This document shows, in pieces, positions 31,066-40,916 of a DNA stretch of 64,000 nucleotides (its first letter is position 1; every line of letters begins with the position of its first letter). A program made the position numbers and the translations under genes. A model generated the notes under the pieces. The model searched no databases. It saw only the letters and a program-made list of their open reading frames with translations, and was not told the DNA's origin. This DNA is from Dehalococcoidia bacterium (GTDB taxonomy: Bacteria; Chloroflexota; Dehalococcoidia; SHYD01): positions 759,702-823,701 of the forward strand of contig OZ244809.1 of NCBI GenBank assembly GCA_965220215.1, written 5' to 3'.

Positions 31066-31248
31066 CGAACAAGAGCCAATACTCAGGCGGCAGAAGCCGC
31101 CGCATCGCAATGGCTGCGCCACAGGCTACGGAGGATAAAAAAGATGCGGAAGCAGTTTCAGTCAAGGCCAGACCCATGTATAATGCTCGCAAGAGTAGAG
31201 ACCCCCGGCATACGGCAGACCACCGGGATGCGCGGCGGAATGAACTAA
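31039..31248 (+). pseudogene. Degenerate paralog of the 24412 gene
   Basis: VIHKGLRTRANTQAAEAAASQWLR aligns with VIHRGLQRSDVTRAAEAAVAQCLR; divergent and truncated afterwards. Confidence 0.6.
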
Positions 31249-31260
31249 GGCGCTAGGAGC

Positions 31261-33309
31261 ATGGTGCAGGAAAACGGTCGCCACTTCACAGCTCCCCTCA
31301 TCATGCAGCTCAACATGGTGCACGGGGAGGCTCGAGAAGAAGGCCCCTTCATCCGCATCCACACTCTGCGGGAAGAGGGCGAACTTGCCCATCTCTTCAT
31401 CGTGCTGGAAGCGGACGGGCCGTACCCGGAGGAAACCTGCACCCGGGTGGCCCAGAGCTTCATCGTGCAATTCTCCGTCGGAGGATCATCTATCACGGGG
31501 CGTCTGCAAGAGGCGCTCAAACGCACCCACGAAGGACTGCTGGCAGAAAACTACCAGGCAGCGCCGGAGGATCGCACTACCGTCGGGATCGTCTGCGCCT
31601 ACCTCCAGAGCGACGACCTCTACTTAGGCTACGTGGGCCCGGCTGCAGCCCAAATCATCGGCCCTAAGAACAGCCTTTCACTGGCCCCTGCGCCGGGCAA
31701 CCCTAAGGATCGTTTGGGCGCAGCCGACACCCAACATGTCTGGGCGCGCCACCACCGCCTGCTGCCGGAAGAGACCCTGGTGCTCTCCACGTCACCCCTC
31801 CAGGAGATGGTGGAAAGCCACCTGCTGCTGGCCAGCTTCCGCCAGCGCCTAGAGCAGGGCATGGCGACTGTCTACCGCGCTGCGGCCAACACTTTGTCCT
31901 ACGCTGTCCTGTCGGTGGCGCCCCGGGTGCAGTGGAAAGAGGCATCTACTGCAGCGCCCAGCGCGCCGCCCCCACCTCCGAGGATGGAGATGGAGATGGA
32001 GGACGACGAGTACTCCCCCTTCGATACCGGTAGAGTGCCGCCCTGGCGTTCCGTTTCATCTCGCTTACCCGCCCGTTCTTGGGAGCCTATTCCTACGCTA
32101 GATCTGGGCATCGCTTTAAACCCCAAGATGCCCGGTCGCTACCGCAGCCGCTTTAGCCGAAGCCTACTAAAGCCCGTGGCCCTGGCAGTGGCAGGGCTCT
32201 TCTTGCTAGGTGGACTGGCCACTGGCACGCAGGCCGTCCGGGAAGGGATTAATCAACAGACGCTAGTGCAGGCAGAGGCTCTGATACAGCAATCACATAC
32301 TGTCTGGCTGCGAGCATTGAGCGCGCCCTCCAAGGACGAGCGCCGCGCCCACCTACGGGAAGCGGCAGTGCTGCTGCGCGAAGCCGTGGTCAAGACCCCC
32401 AACGCGGGGGTCGCCAGACTCTATCAACAGGTAGAAGACGCTCTGGCCGCGCTGGATGCGGTGGAGCCGCTCCAAGACGTGCGCCTGGTAGCCGATGCGC
32501 CTCTGCTGCTGGGCCGCAACGTGCTGCTGCGGGACCCGGTGGTGCAAGCAGACCATCTCTATCTCCTGGACAAGCTAGGCAACCAGGTGCTCCAGTTCCC
32601 CCTTTCCGGCGCGCAGGGCGGTGGGACAGCTACGGCCATAACCTCCTTGCTGCCTCAGAGCGACGCATACCAGGGCCGCCTCACCAAGCTGCTGTGGTTG
32701 CCCAGCGGAGGCGATTGGACGCGGAACAGCTTGCTGGCGTTGGATGAGAGCTACGGACTGGTGGAAGTGGACGCTGCCGCCGGCCCGCAACCGTTGACCT
32801 TAAGGGGCACCCGATCCTGGACCAGCTTCCAGGCCGCCACCGGCGCCAACGGGGCGCTCTATATCCTCGACCCCAAGGGGAATCAGGTGCTGCGCCACCT
32901 GCCGGCAGTGGACGGATTCGACGCGCCGGCACGGGTCACCGCAAGGAATATCGACCTGGAGGACAGCGTCGACTTTTTCATCGACCAGCACATCTACTTC
33001 CTCTCTCGCGAGGGTAGGGTCATCAAGCTGGTGGACGGCGCAGCCCAGCGCCTCAGCTTGGATGGATTGGACAAACCTCTCACCAACCCCATCGCCATCA
33101 CCAGCCTCCCCTCCTCAGCCAACCTCTACGTCCTGGACGAGGGCAACAAACGCGTGGTCGTCATCCGCAAGGAAGACGGCGTGTTCCTGCGCCAGCACAC
33201 GCTGAGTGATCTGCCGCCCATCCACGCCTTCTGGCTGGATCAGGAGCGAGGCCGCATCATCCTCATAGGCGACAGCAAGATCTACAGCGCCTCCTTCCCC
33301 GGAGCCTGA
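31261..33309 (+). CDS. Membrane protein: degenerate PP2C-like N-domain, single TM, helical segment, beta-propeller (NHL-like) C-domain
   Basis: TM VALAVAGLFLLGGLA; repeated LYLLD/LYILD/IYFL/LYVLD blades. The N-domain has a PP2C-like secondary-structure pattern. Confidence 0.6.
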   Translation: MVQENGRHFTAPLIMQLNMVHGEAREEGPFIRIHTLREEGELAHLFIVLEADGPYPEETCTRVAQSFIVQFSVGGSSITGRLQEALKRTHEGLLAENYQAAPEDRTTVGIVCAYLQSDDLYLGYVGPAAAQIIGPKNSLSLAPAPGNPKDRLGAADTQHVWARHHRLLPEETLVLSTSPLQEMVESHLLLASFRQRLEQGMATVYRAAANTLSYAVLSVAPRVQWKEASTAAPSAPPPPPRMEMEMEDDEYSPFDTGRVPPWRSVSSRLPARSWEPIPTLDLGIALNPKMPGRYRSRFSRSLLKPVALAVAGLFLLGGLATGTQAVREGINQQTLVQAEALIQQSHTVWLRALSAPSKDERRAHLREAAVLLREAVVKTPNAGVARLYQQVEDALAALDAVEPLQDVRLVADAPLLLGRNVLLRDPVVQADHLYLLDKLGNQVLQFPLSGAQGGGTATAITSLLPQSDAYQGRLTKLLWLPSGGDWTRNSLLALDESYGLVEVDAAAGPQPLTLRGTRSWTSFQAATGANGALYILDPKGNQVLRHLPAVDGFDAPARVTARNIDLEDSVDFFIDQHIYFLSREGRVIKLVDGAAQRLSLDGLDKPLTNPIAITSLPSSANLYVLDEGNKRVVVIRKEDGVFLRQHTLSDLPPIHAFWLDQERGRIILIGDSKIYSASFPGA

Positions 33310-33310
33310 C

Positions 33311-34303
33311 CTGCGCGTCCTCGGCGTAGAAACCTCCTGCGACGAGAGCGCCGTAGCGGTGGTGGAGGATGGCCACCGCCTCCTCTCCAACGTGGTCGCT
33401 TCCCAAGAGGCGTTGCACGCCCGCTTCGGCGGCATTGTGCCGGAGGTGGCCTCTCGCCAGCACCTCTTAGCGCTGCCCCAGGCGGTCAACCAAGCCCTGG
33501 AGCAGGCCGATCTAGACTGGGACGAGGTCGACGCTATCGCCGTAACCTACGGGCCGGGGCTGGCCGGCTCCCTCCTAGTAGGCCTTAGCTATGCCAAGAC
33601 TTTAGCTTTTGCCCGCAACCTCCCCCTGGTTCCTGTGAACCACATGGAGGGCCATATCTATAGCAACTGGCTGGACGCCGAGCCGCCGCCCTTGCCCGCC
33701 CTCTGCCTCCTGGTCTCCGGAGGCCATACCGGCCTCTTCCTCATGGAGGCGCACGGCCGCTACCGGGCCCTCGGCCACACCCGCGACGACGCCGCGGGCG
33801 AAGCCTTCGACAAGGTGGCCCGGCTGCTGGGGCTCGGCTTTCCCGGCGGTCCCGCTATCCAAAAAGCGGCTCAGGGCGAAGACGCGGGCAAATTTACCCT
33901 ACCCCGCGCCTGGCTGCGCGGCAACGACGATTTTAGTTTCAGCGGCCTAAAGACCGCCTGCCTCCACCTCATCCAGCAGCTGCAAAAGGATGACGGGCAG
34001 GTGCCCGTGGCCCAAGTGGCCGCGGCCTTCCAGGAATCCGTGGTTGACGTGCTGGTGAGCAAGGCTGTGGCGGCGGCGGAGCGCTTTCAGGCAGCCAGCA
34101 TCCTCCTGGGCGGCGGCGTTGCCGCCAACCTGGCGTTGCGGGAGGAGATGGCCGCACGAGCCACGGTGCCCGTAGTGGTGGCGCCTCCCCGTCTCTGCAC
34201 CGATAACGGCGCGATGGTGGCCGCTTGCGGCTTCTTCCGCTGGCAGGCCGGCGACCGCGCCGGCTTAGACCTGGACATCTACCCCAACCTCGTGCTGGCT
34301 TAG
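33311..34303 (+). CDS. tsaD: tRNA t6A modification protein TsaD (apparent CTG start)
   Basis: LRVLGVETSCDES, GGIVPEVASRQH, GPGLAGSL, VNHMEGH, LVSGGHT, DDAAGEAFDKVAR and TDNGAMV. Confidence 0.95.
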   Translation: MRVLGVETSCDESAVAVVEDGHRLLSNVVASQEALHARFGGIVPEVASRQHLLALPQAVNQALEQADLDWDEVDAIAVTYGPGLAGSLLVGLSYAKTLAFARNLPLVPVNHMEGHIYSNWLDAEPPPLPALCLLVSGGHTGLFLMEAHGRYRALGHTRDDAAGEAFDKVARLLGLGFPGGPAIQKAAQGEDAGKFTLPRAWLRGNDDFSFSGLKTACLHLIQQLQKDDGQVPVAQVAAAFQESVVDVLVSKAVAAAERFQAASILLGGGVAANLALREEMAARATVPVVVAPPRLCTDNGAMVAACGFFRWQAGDRAGLDLDIYPNLVLA

Positions 34304-35598
34304 TCGCCTCGCTGCAGCGGGCAACGGGCCTGCCGCCCCCGGGCGCAGTACCAGCGACTGAGGTGATGCAATCCCTGCTGCTGGCAGGCGGTCAGCCCCT
34401 TAGCCTCCAACCCCAGCCGGGCCGCAGTTGCCCGCACGACGGTGTCCGCCTCCAGGCCTGGGTAGTCTCTATAGCTACGGAGCGCGGTCTCTTTTTGCGC
34501 CGCGTCACTCCGCAGCTCTGCCTGGGCGGCCAGGTACGGCAGCAGCAGATTCACCACCAGACTATCCGCCCGGCCGGGGCCGAGGGCGGCCCAGGGCAGC
34601 CCCAGTTCAGCCTCCTCCGCTGCTACGGTGAAGAGGGAACGTAAACGGGTAAGGGGCAGCTCAAGCGCGATCCCTTGCGACGCCACCGACATCGGGCCGG
34701 CTTCCCTCCAGCGGACCATTAGGGCGGCCGCTCCTAGCAGCCGCACCCACGGCTGCGCGGCGGGGCGGGTGCCGGAGCGGCGCCATTCATGCGCCGCTAT
34801 CATCACGGGATGCTGAAAGCCGGCCCAACGCCGCCTCAGCTCTCGCCAAGAGTCCGGCGCAACCGCCTTTGGCGCAGCGCCCTCTAACGCTAAACAACCG
34901 CCCGCGCCCAGCAGGAGCGCCTGGGCGGTGAGGAGCGACCAGCCGTGGGTTGTTAGGATGCTCTGCAACGTGGTCCAGGGCAACGCGGCGCCCAGTCGGG
35001 CGTAGAGCGGCCGGTTTGGGCCCACTCCCAACGTCTCCAGCAGTCCTTGATAGAACGCCTGCTCCGGACCCGCTGCTGCGATGCGCCGCATCAAACGCCG
35101 GGTGTGGATGGTAAAGCGGATCGCGCCCTGGGCCTCCAGCTGCTCCAGCTCCGTTACGCGGCATCCCGCGCATGGCCCTGCCTGCCCTCCTGTTAGATTA
35201 GAGAGAGCGGAGCGCGCGGCCAGATCATGCGCCAGCACGAGCACCGGCGCCCGGCCGCCCATCGGGAGCTCTGTGGGCGCGCCCTGATCGTCCTTGCCCA
35301 CCACGTGGAGCACCACCCGGGCGTAGCGGGGGTCTGCGCTGTGGCCGTGAGCCCGCCAGCCGCTGGTAGCCTGGTGCACCTCTACGTCTCCCCGCACGAT
35401 GCGTCCCCGCTCCGTGGCGAGCACCGCGCCCAGGAAGTCCGGCCCGGGCCCTGGATTCACGAGGCCGGGGAAGAGCACCCGCACCTGCTCTCCCTCCTGG
35501 GTGCTCAGGGGCTGCTCGGTAGGCACGCCGGCCCAGCGCCGGGCGAGGCGGCTCTCAGCGCCATCACTCTTCTTGCCCCTACCATCCATGTTACTCAT
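34300..35598 (-). CDS. DUF2851-family protein
   Basis: PGLVNPGPGPDFLGA, GDVEVH...W..HGH.ADPRY..VVLHVV and VNLLLP. Confidence 0.75.
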   Translation of the reverse strand: MSNMDGRGKKSDGAESRLARRWAGVPTEQPLSTQEGEQVRVLFPGLVNPGPGPDFLGAVLATERGRIVRGDVEVHQATSGWRAHGHSADPRYARVVLHVVGKDDQGAPTELPMGGRAPVLVLAHDLAARSALSNLTGGQAGPCAGCRVTELEQLEAQGAIRFTIHTRRLMRRIAAAGPEQAFYQGLLETLGVGPNRPLYARLGAALPWTTLQSILTTHGWSLLTAQALLLGAGGCLALEGAAPKAVAPDSWRELRRRWAGFQHPVMIAAHEWRRSGTRPAAQPWVRLLGAAALMVRWREAGPMSVASQGIALELPLTRLRSLFTVAAEEAELGLPWAALGPGRADSLVVNLLLPYLAAQAELRSDAAQKETALRSYRDYPGLEADTVVRATAARLGLEAKGLTACQQQGLHHLSRWYCARGRQARCPLQRGD

Positions 35599-35659
35599 GC
35601 TCCTAGTATACACGTTTCCGTGTAAACCATAAACACGTGATGCCCTTGGTTCTGCTAAG

Positions 35660-35880
35660 GGGTTAGGGAGGACTTACGTGTCCCCTCCCCCTCGATGGGG
35701 GAGGGTTAGGGTGGGGGTGCTAGGTAGTGTCAAGCGGTTTTCAAGGTAGTAGGATTAGGTTAAGCCACGGACGCCTTCGGGAATCCTCTTCGTGTTCGTA
35801 GGGGCGGGTTTGAAACCCGCCCCTACAGGCTTTACGCCCCGCTCTAGTTATTGAGCGTAATCTGCTGCTGTTCCACAAGT
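35660..35880 (-). mobile_element. RAYT/REP remnant, copy B, with an adjacent CCCTCCCCC/GGGGGAGGG hairpin
   Basis: REP palindrome at 35798-35826; flanks match copies A and C. Confidence 0.75.
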
Positions 35881-35916
35881 TTGGAAGAGGGCGCTCAGGG
35901 GACAGGAGGCAGGGAG

Positions 35917-36168
35917 CTAGGAAGGTGAAGGCAGAGTGGTTGAGCCGGAGGTGTCGTAGTCAAAGCCGGCTCGCTCCGCCACCAGGGTGAGCAGGGTCTG
36001 GGATGCGCCCCGGGGCTTGTAGAGCCCCCGTTCCCACTCGCTGATGGTCTGCTGGCGGGTGCCCAGCTCTTCGGCCATGGCGTCCTGGGTCATGCCCATG
36101 TGACGCCGCAGCGCCTGGAGCCTGGAGGCGTCCCACTGCACCCGCTGCCGCTTTGATCCGCGCGCCAT
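35917..36168 (-). CDS. XRE-family HTH protein
   Basis: LRRHMGMTQDAMAEELGTRQQTISEWERG. Confidence 0.88.
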   Translation of the reverse strand: MARGSKRQRVQWDASRLQALRRHMGMTQDAMAEELGTRQQTISEWERGLYKPRGASQTLLTLVAERAGFDYDTSGSTTLPSPS

Positions 36169-36228
36169 GCATTCATGCTATGAAGGATGCCTGCGGCTGT
36201 CAAACCTGGCATCGCGGCCTCCGCCTCG

Positions 36229-36237
36229 TGCTATAAT
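36229..36237 (+). promoter_or_regulatory. Extended -10 promoter element of lysA
   Basis: TGCTATAAT 41 bp upstream of the start; AAGGAGG RBS. Confidence 0.6.
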
Positions 36238-36278
36238 CGTCAGCGACTCATCTCTCACCGACCCTGCAAGGAGGCGCA

Positions 36279-37598
36279 ATGGACCCCCGTTTCCCCATCC
36301 TAGAGCTCTTCCCCGTCACCGCGGAATGCAGCACTCAGGCCCATCTCACTATTGGCGGCTGCGACGTCTCGGAGCTGGCAAACACCTACGGCACCCCCCT
36401 TTACCTCTTTGACGAGGCCACCTTGCGGGAGCAGTGCCGGGGCTTCCTCCAGGAGTTCGGCGGCCGCTATCCGGATCTGACCGTCCTCTACGCCTCCAAA
36501 GCCTACATCAATAAGTCCCTGGCCAAGCTCTTTGCCGAGGAGGGGTTAGGGCTGGACATCGTGTCCGGCGGCGAGCTGGCCGTGGCCCAAGCGGCGGGCG
36601 TCCCCATGGAACGGGTCTACTTCCACGGCAACAACAAGGGGCCGGAAGAGTTGGCCATGGCGGTGGACTTGGGTGTGGGACGCATCGTCCTGGACAACTT
36701 TTATGAGATGGAGACCCTGGAGTCCGTCTGCCAAAAGCTCGACAAGACCCAGACCGTCATGGTGCGTATCACCCCCGGCGTCGACCCTCATACTCACGCC
36801 TACATCGCCACCGGTGCCACCGACAGCAAATTTGGCTTCACCCTGGCTACAGGCGCGGCGGAGGAGGCCATCGTACGCACCCAGAGCAGCCCCCATCTGG
36901 ACCTGGTGGGCATCCACATGCACCTGGGCTCCCAGCTCTTCGAGACCTCGCCTTACACCGACGCCATTGAGGGCGTAATAGCCTTTGCCGCCCAGATGGT
37001 GCGGGAACAGGGGCTACGGCTCCAAGAGTTCAGCCCCGGCGGCGGCTACGCAGTGCAGTACCTGCCGGAGCAGCCCGCGCCGTCCCTGGCGCGCTACGCC
37101 GAGACCGTTACCGGCGCCCTAAAGCAGGCGTGCGAGCAGAACAACCTGCCCCTTCCGCGCATGATCCTGGAGCCCGGCCGCTCCATGGTGGGCCGCGCCG
37201 GCGTGGCCGTCTACACCGTGGGCGCCTCCAAAGATATCCCCGGCGTCCGCAAGTACGTGGCGGTGGACGGCGGCATGGCGGACAACATCCGGCCGGCCCT
37301 CTACAGCGCGATGTACGACGCCGCGGTCGCCAACCGCATGGCCGATCCTCCCGCGGAGACGGTGACCATCGCCGGAAAGTACTGCGAGTCCGGCGACATC
37401 CTTATCCAGGACTACCATGGCCCGGCGCTCCAGCCCGGCGACCTCCTAGCCCTTCCCGCCGCGGGGGCATACTGCCTCGCCATGGCCAGCAACTACAACC
37501 TGGCTCCCCGTCCCGCCGTGGTCATGGTCAATGGGGGCCAGGCCCGCCTCATCCGGCGCAGGGAGACCTACCAAGACCTGATGCAGTGGGACTTATAA
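36279..37598 (+). CDS. lysA: Diaminopimelate decarboxylase
   Basis: YGTPLY, YASKA, HGNNK, SKFG, HMHLGSQ, EPGRS, CESGD and GAYC...SNYN. Confidence 0.96.
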   Translation: MDPRFPILELFPVTAECSTQAHLTIGGCDVSELANTYGTPLYLFDEATLREQCRGFLQEFGGRYPDLTVLYASKAYINKSLAKLFAEEGLGLDIVSGGELAVAQAAGVPMERVYFHGNNKGPEELAMAVDLGVGRIVLDNFYEMETLESVCQKLDKTQTVMVRITPGVDPHTHAYIATGATDSKFGFTLATGAAEEAIVRTQSSPHLDLVGIHMHLGSQLFETSPYTDAIEGVIAFAAQMVREQGLRLQEFSPGGGYAVQYLPEQPAPSLARYAETVTGALKQACEQNNLPLPRMILEPGRSMVGRAGVAVYTVGASKDIPGVRKYVAVDGGMADNIRPALYSAMYDAAVANRMADPPAETVTIAGKYCESGDILIQDYHGPALQPGDLLALPAAGAYCLAMASNYNLAPRPAVVMVNGGQARLIRRRETYQDLMQWDL

Positions 37599-37646
37599 TC
37601 CGCCAGCCCACATCTCCGGCATCCCCGGCGCTAAGGAACCGCTGAG

Positions 37647-38666
37647 ATGGCCCAGGACAACTGGGGGCTCATCGGACACCAGGCCGCCGTTGCCGCCCTC
37701 CGCAACGCGTTGGCGAGCGGGCGGCTGGCCCAGGCGTATCTCTTCACCGGCCCCCAGGGCGTAGGCAAGAGCATGCTGGCGCGCGCCCTGGCCGGCGCCG
37801 TTAACTGCCGCGGCGAGGAGCCCCCTTGCGGCGAGTGCCCCCAGTGCCAGCGCATCCTGCAGGGGATCCATTCGGACGTCACGGAGCTCTCCTTAGGCGC
37901 GGGCGAACGGGAGCTGAGCATCGAAGCGGTGCGGGAGCTGCAACACTCCCTCCACCTGCGCCCCTTCGAAGGCCGCATGCGAGTTGCCATCATCCAGGAG
38001 GCGGAGCACCTCAGTACAGAGGCGGCAAATGCCCTGCTGAAGGTGCTGGAGGAGCCGCCGCCGGAGTCCATGCTCATCCTCACCTCCGCGGCTGAAGACT
38101 CCATCCTGCCCACCCTCCGTTCTCGCTGCCAGCGCGTCGCGCTGGATCCGGTGCCCACTGCGCCCCTAGTGCGGGCCATGGAGGAGCAGCACGGCCTGAA
38201 CGCCGCGGATGCGCGCCGCATTGCAGCCTACGCCCAGGGCTGCCCCGGGCGGGCCTTAGGGGCGCTGGAGCAGCCGGAGGTCTTTGAGCAGCTAGAGGAG
38301 CGCTTCCAGACGCTGCGGGCGTTGCTGGAGGGAGACACCGTTGCCCGGCTGCAGCTTGCCGGGAGCACCGGCCCCCAGCAGGAGTCGCAACGGGAAGCCT
38401 TACAGGCCCTGCTCCAGGTCTGGCTGCTCTGGTGGCGCGACCTGTTGCTGGTGCAGAACGGTTGCCCGGATGGCATCGTCTACGTGCAGGAGACGCTCCA
38501 CTACCAGCAGTACGGCGCGCAGCTCAACCCATCGGAGGTGGCCTTGGCCCTCGCTGCCCTGCGCACGGCCCTCCGCCGCGTCGAGCAGAATGCTAATCCC
38601 CGATTGGTCATGGACACCCTGGCCCTCGCCCTGCCGCAGCTCTCACCAACCCCAGCCCCTGCCTAA
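37647..38666 (+). CDS. holB: DNA polymerase III delta' subunit
   Basis: AYLFTGPQGVGK, C..PCGEC..C Zn module, AANALLKVLEEPP and LPTLRSRC. Confidence 0.92.
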   Translation: MAQDNWGLIGHQAAVAALRNALASGRLAQAYLFTGPQGVGKSMLARALAGAVNCRGEEPPCGECPQCQRILQGIHSDVTELSLGAGERELSIEAVRELQHSLHLRPFEGRMRVAIIQEAEHLSTEAANALLKVLEEPPPESMLILTSAAEDSILPTLRSRCQRVALDPVPTAPLVRAMEEQHGLNAADARRIAAYAQGCPGRALGALEQPEVFEQLEERFQTLRALLEGDTVARLQLAGSTGPQQESQREALQALLQVWLLWWRDLLLVQNGCPDGIVYVQETLHYQQYGAQLNPSEVALALAALRTALRRVEQNANPRLVMDTLALALPQLSPTPAPA

Positions 38667-38697
38667 TCTCTGGAGTAACTGCAGCCTGACTACCCAA

Positions 38698-39351
38698 TTG
38701 CCCCCGTACCGCGGACTCATCCTGGACATGGACGGCGTGCTGCTGGACAGCGAGCCGCTCCACTTCCAAGCTTGCTGCCAGGTGCTTGCAGAGTACGGGG
38801 CGGACCTCGCCTGGGAGGTCTACCGTGAGTACATCGGCACTGACGCCGTCTCTACCTTCGCTGGCTTCAAGCGCACCTACGAGCTGCCGGGCACGCCCCA
38901 AGCCTTCATCGACCGCTACGATACGTTTGTGCTGGAGATTCTCAGCGGCGGTATCACACCTTTGCCCGGAGCCGTGCAGCTAGTTGCAGAGGCCACGCGG
39001 CGAAAGCTCCCCCTGGGGCTTGCTTCCTCCTCCCTAAGGGCATGTGTCGAAGCGACGCTCAACGGCCTGGGCGTGCGCCAAATGTTCCGCACTGTGGTCT
39101 CAGGGGAGATGGTGCAGCGAGGCAAACCTGCCCCGGACATCTACCTCCTAGCGGCCAAGCAGATAGGAGTGGCGCCGGAGCGCTGCGTGGTGGTGGAGGA
39201 TTCTCCGGCTGGGGTGGCCGCGGCGCGCGCCGCGGGCATGTGTGTCATAGGAGTGCGGACGGAGTCGGTGCCGGCAGCGGAGATTGCGTCGGCGGATGTG
39301 GTGTTGGAGACGCTGGAGCAGTTCGACTGGCGTCTCTTTGGCGAATCCTAG
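38698..39351 (+). CDS. HAD-superfamily hydrolase (subfamily IA); start approximate
   Basis: DMDGVLLD, ASSS, KPAPDIY and EDSPAG motifs. Confidence 0.9.
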   Translation: MPPYRGLILDMDGVLLDSEPLHFQACCQVLAEYGADLAWEVYREYIGTDAVSTFAGFKRTYELPGTPQAFIDRYDTFVLEILSGGITPLPGAVQLVAEATRRKLPLGLASSSLRACVEATLNGLGVRQMFRTVVSGEMVQRGKPAPDIYLLAAKQIGVAPERCVVVEDSPAGVAAARAAGMCVIGVRTESVPAAEIASADVVLETLEQFDWRLFGES

Positions 39352-40424
39352 CCGCTGCCCACCAGCTCGCTCACTGAAGGGATGCCTTCCCGCTTAAGGT
39401 ACTCCAGTAGGTCAAGGTTCAGCCGCCTAATTAGCCCCGGCCCCTGATACACCATGCCGGTATAGAGCTGAACCAGACTCGCCCCCGCCCACAGCATTTT
39501 GATGACGTCTGCTACGCTGGACACGCCGCCCACGCCGATGATGGGCGTGCGGCCTCCAGTGAGACGGTAGAGCACGCGGACCACCTCTAGCGAGCGTATC
39601 CGCAAGGGCGCGCCGCTGAGCCCGCCGCTTTCGTCCTGGTAGGAGCTGCGCAGATAAGCGGGACGCTCAAGGGTGGTGTTCGTAGCTACGTAGCCTTGCA
39701 CCGGGTACTCGGCAGCTACCTCCACCAGATCGGCCAGCTGCGCATCCTCTAAGTCCGGCGAGACCTTGATCAGCACCGGTTTGCCCGCGCCCACGTGGTC
39801 TAGCCACGCAAAGAACGCGCCCAGCACCCGCCGTAGCGCGTCCTTCTCATGGAGCGCCCGTAAGCCCTGGGTGTTGGGAGAAGAGATGTTCAGGGTGAAG
39901 TAGTCGGCCACATCGTGCAGCGCGTTAAAGCAGACGATGTAGTCCTGCAGGGCGAGGTCGGGCTCGACGTGCTGGGCGTTGGGGCCGATGTTTAGCCCAC
40001 GGATGACCTCTCCACGCTGCTGGGGCAGCAGCAACCCATGAGTGGCCTGCGCGCCCAGGTTGGCAAAGCCGATGCGGTTGATGAGCGCCTCGTCCTCGTC
40101 CAAACGGAAGATCCGCGGCCGCGCCCTGCCTGCCTGGGGCAGCGGAGTCACGGTGCCAATCTCCATGTGGCTAAAGCCAAAACAGGCCAGTGCCGATGCG
40201 GCCGCACCGGTCTTATCGTAGCCTGCCGCCAGCCCAATGGGGTTCTTGAAGGAGAGCCCAAAGAGGTCGGTTGCAAGCGCCGGGTCCCGCACGTCCAACG
40301 CATTGCTTACCACGGCCCCCAGCGGCGGCACGCGACGCAGCAATGAGAGCGCCCGGAGCGAAAGCCCGTGGGCCTGCTCCGGATCGACGCTGGAGAGGAG
40401 GGGAGCGATGAGCTGTTTGTACAT
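39348..40424 (-). CDS. pyrD: Quinone-dependent dihydroorotate dehydrogenase (class 2)
   Basis: NPIGLAAGYDK, NISSPNT, KVSPD, GGLSG and IIGVGG. Confidence 0.94.
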   Translation of the reverse strand: MYKQLIAPLLSSVDPEQAHGLSLRALSLLRRVPPLGAVVSNALDVRDPALATDLFGLSFKNPIGLAAGYDKTGAAASALACFGFSHMEIGTVTPLPQAGRARPRIFRLDEDEALINRIGFANLGAQATHGLLLPQQRGEVIRGLNIGPNAQHVEPDLALQDYIVCFNALHDVADYFTLNISSPNTQGLRALHEKDALRRVLGAFFAWLDHVGAGKPVLIKVSPDLEDAQLADLVEVAAEYPVQGYVATNTTLERPAYLRSSYQDESGGLSGAPLRIRSLEVVRVLYRLTGGRTPIIGVGGVSSVADVIKMLWAGASLVQLYTGMVYQGPGLIRRLNLDLLEYLKREGIPSVSELVGSG

Positions 40425-40489
40425 GAAAGCCGGTTACTTGCGACTCATAGTCAAACGATTATACCGTTGGAGACGGGCCGAGGATCATG

Positions 40490-40516
40490 AAAGAGCCCGC
40501 CACTGGCGGGCTCTTT
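40490..40516 (-). terminator. Intrinsic terminator hairpin downstream of the small Cys/His protein
   Basis: Perfect AAAGAGCCCGC-N5-GCGGGCTCTTT. Confidence 0.8.
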
Positions 40517-40548
40517 GCGTTTTGATGTTGTATGCAGTGCGGCAGAGG

Positions 40549-40794
40549 CTAAGCTGCGGGGCTTTCCTTCAGCCCTTTGAGGTCGCCCACGCCCCAGTAG
40601 TCCATGTCGGCATGGCGTTCCTCTTCCCGGACTGTGTCACCACCGCCGCCGGAGAACCGGCGCTGCTTGCCGCAGTAGCGGCATTGGCCCGTAATCTCGT
40701 CCGCAACAGAACCACCCAGCACCCAGTAGTGTGCGCAGGGACTGGTAACCTGCTGCGTCTGCTCATCTGCTCGCTCTAATGTATTCTGTACCAT
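40549..40794 (-). CDS. Small putative metal-binding protein (CxHxW...CxxC)
   Basis: CAHYWV...GQCRYCG; GGAGG RBS; has its own promoter and terminator. Confidence 0.75.
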   Translation of the reverse strand: MVQNTLERADEQTQQVTSPCAHYWVLGGSVADEITGQCRYCGKQRRFSGGGGDTVREEERHADMDYWGVGDLKGLKESPAA

Positions 40795-40851
40795 CTCACC
40801 TCCGTAAGCGGTCGTCGTTCTCGACTGGCTTCAGTGGGATTTCGCACGACT

Positions 40852-40880
40852 AATCTACCGCCATTTTCTGTAATTGTCAA
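40852..40880 (-). promoter_or_regulatory. Promoter of the small Cys/His protein
   Basis: Minus strand TTGACA-N17-TAGATT. Confidence 0.75.
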
Positions 40881-40916
40881 GGATTTTACGGTATTTTCAT
40901 TAAATACTTATTTACC

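Noticed and set aside
35729-35745. AAAACCGCTTGACA (minus strand) identical to the nrdR -35 region at 20236-20249
   Set aside because: It is only a 14-bp match with no -10 at proper spacing; likely chance or a disrupted promoter.
36169-36278. Lysine riboswitch upstream of lysA
   Set aside because: The leader after the extended -10 is only about 40 nt, too short for the aptamer.
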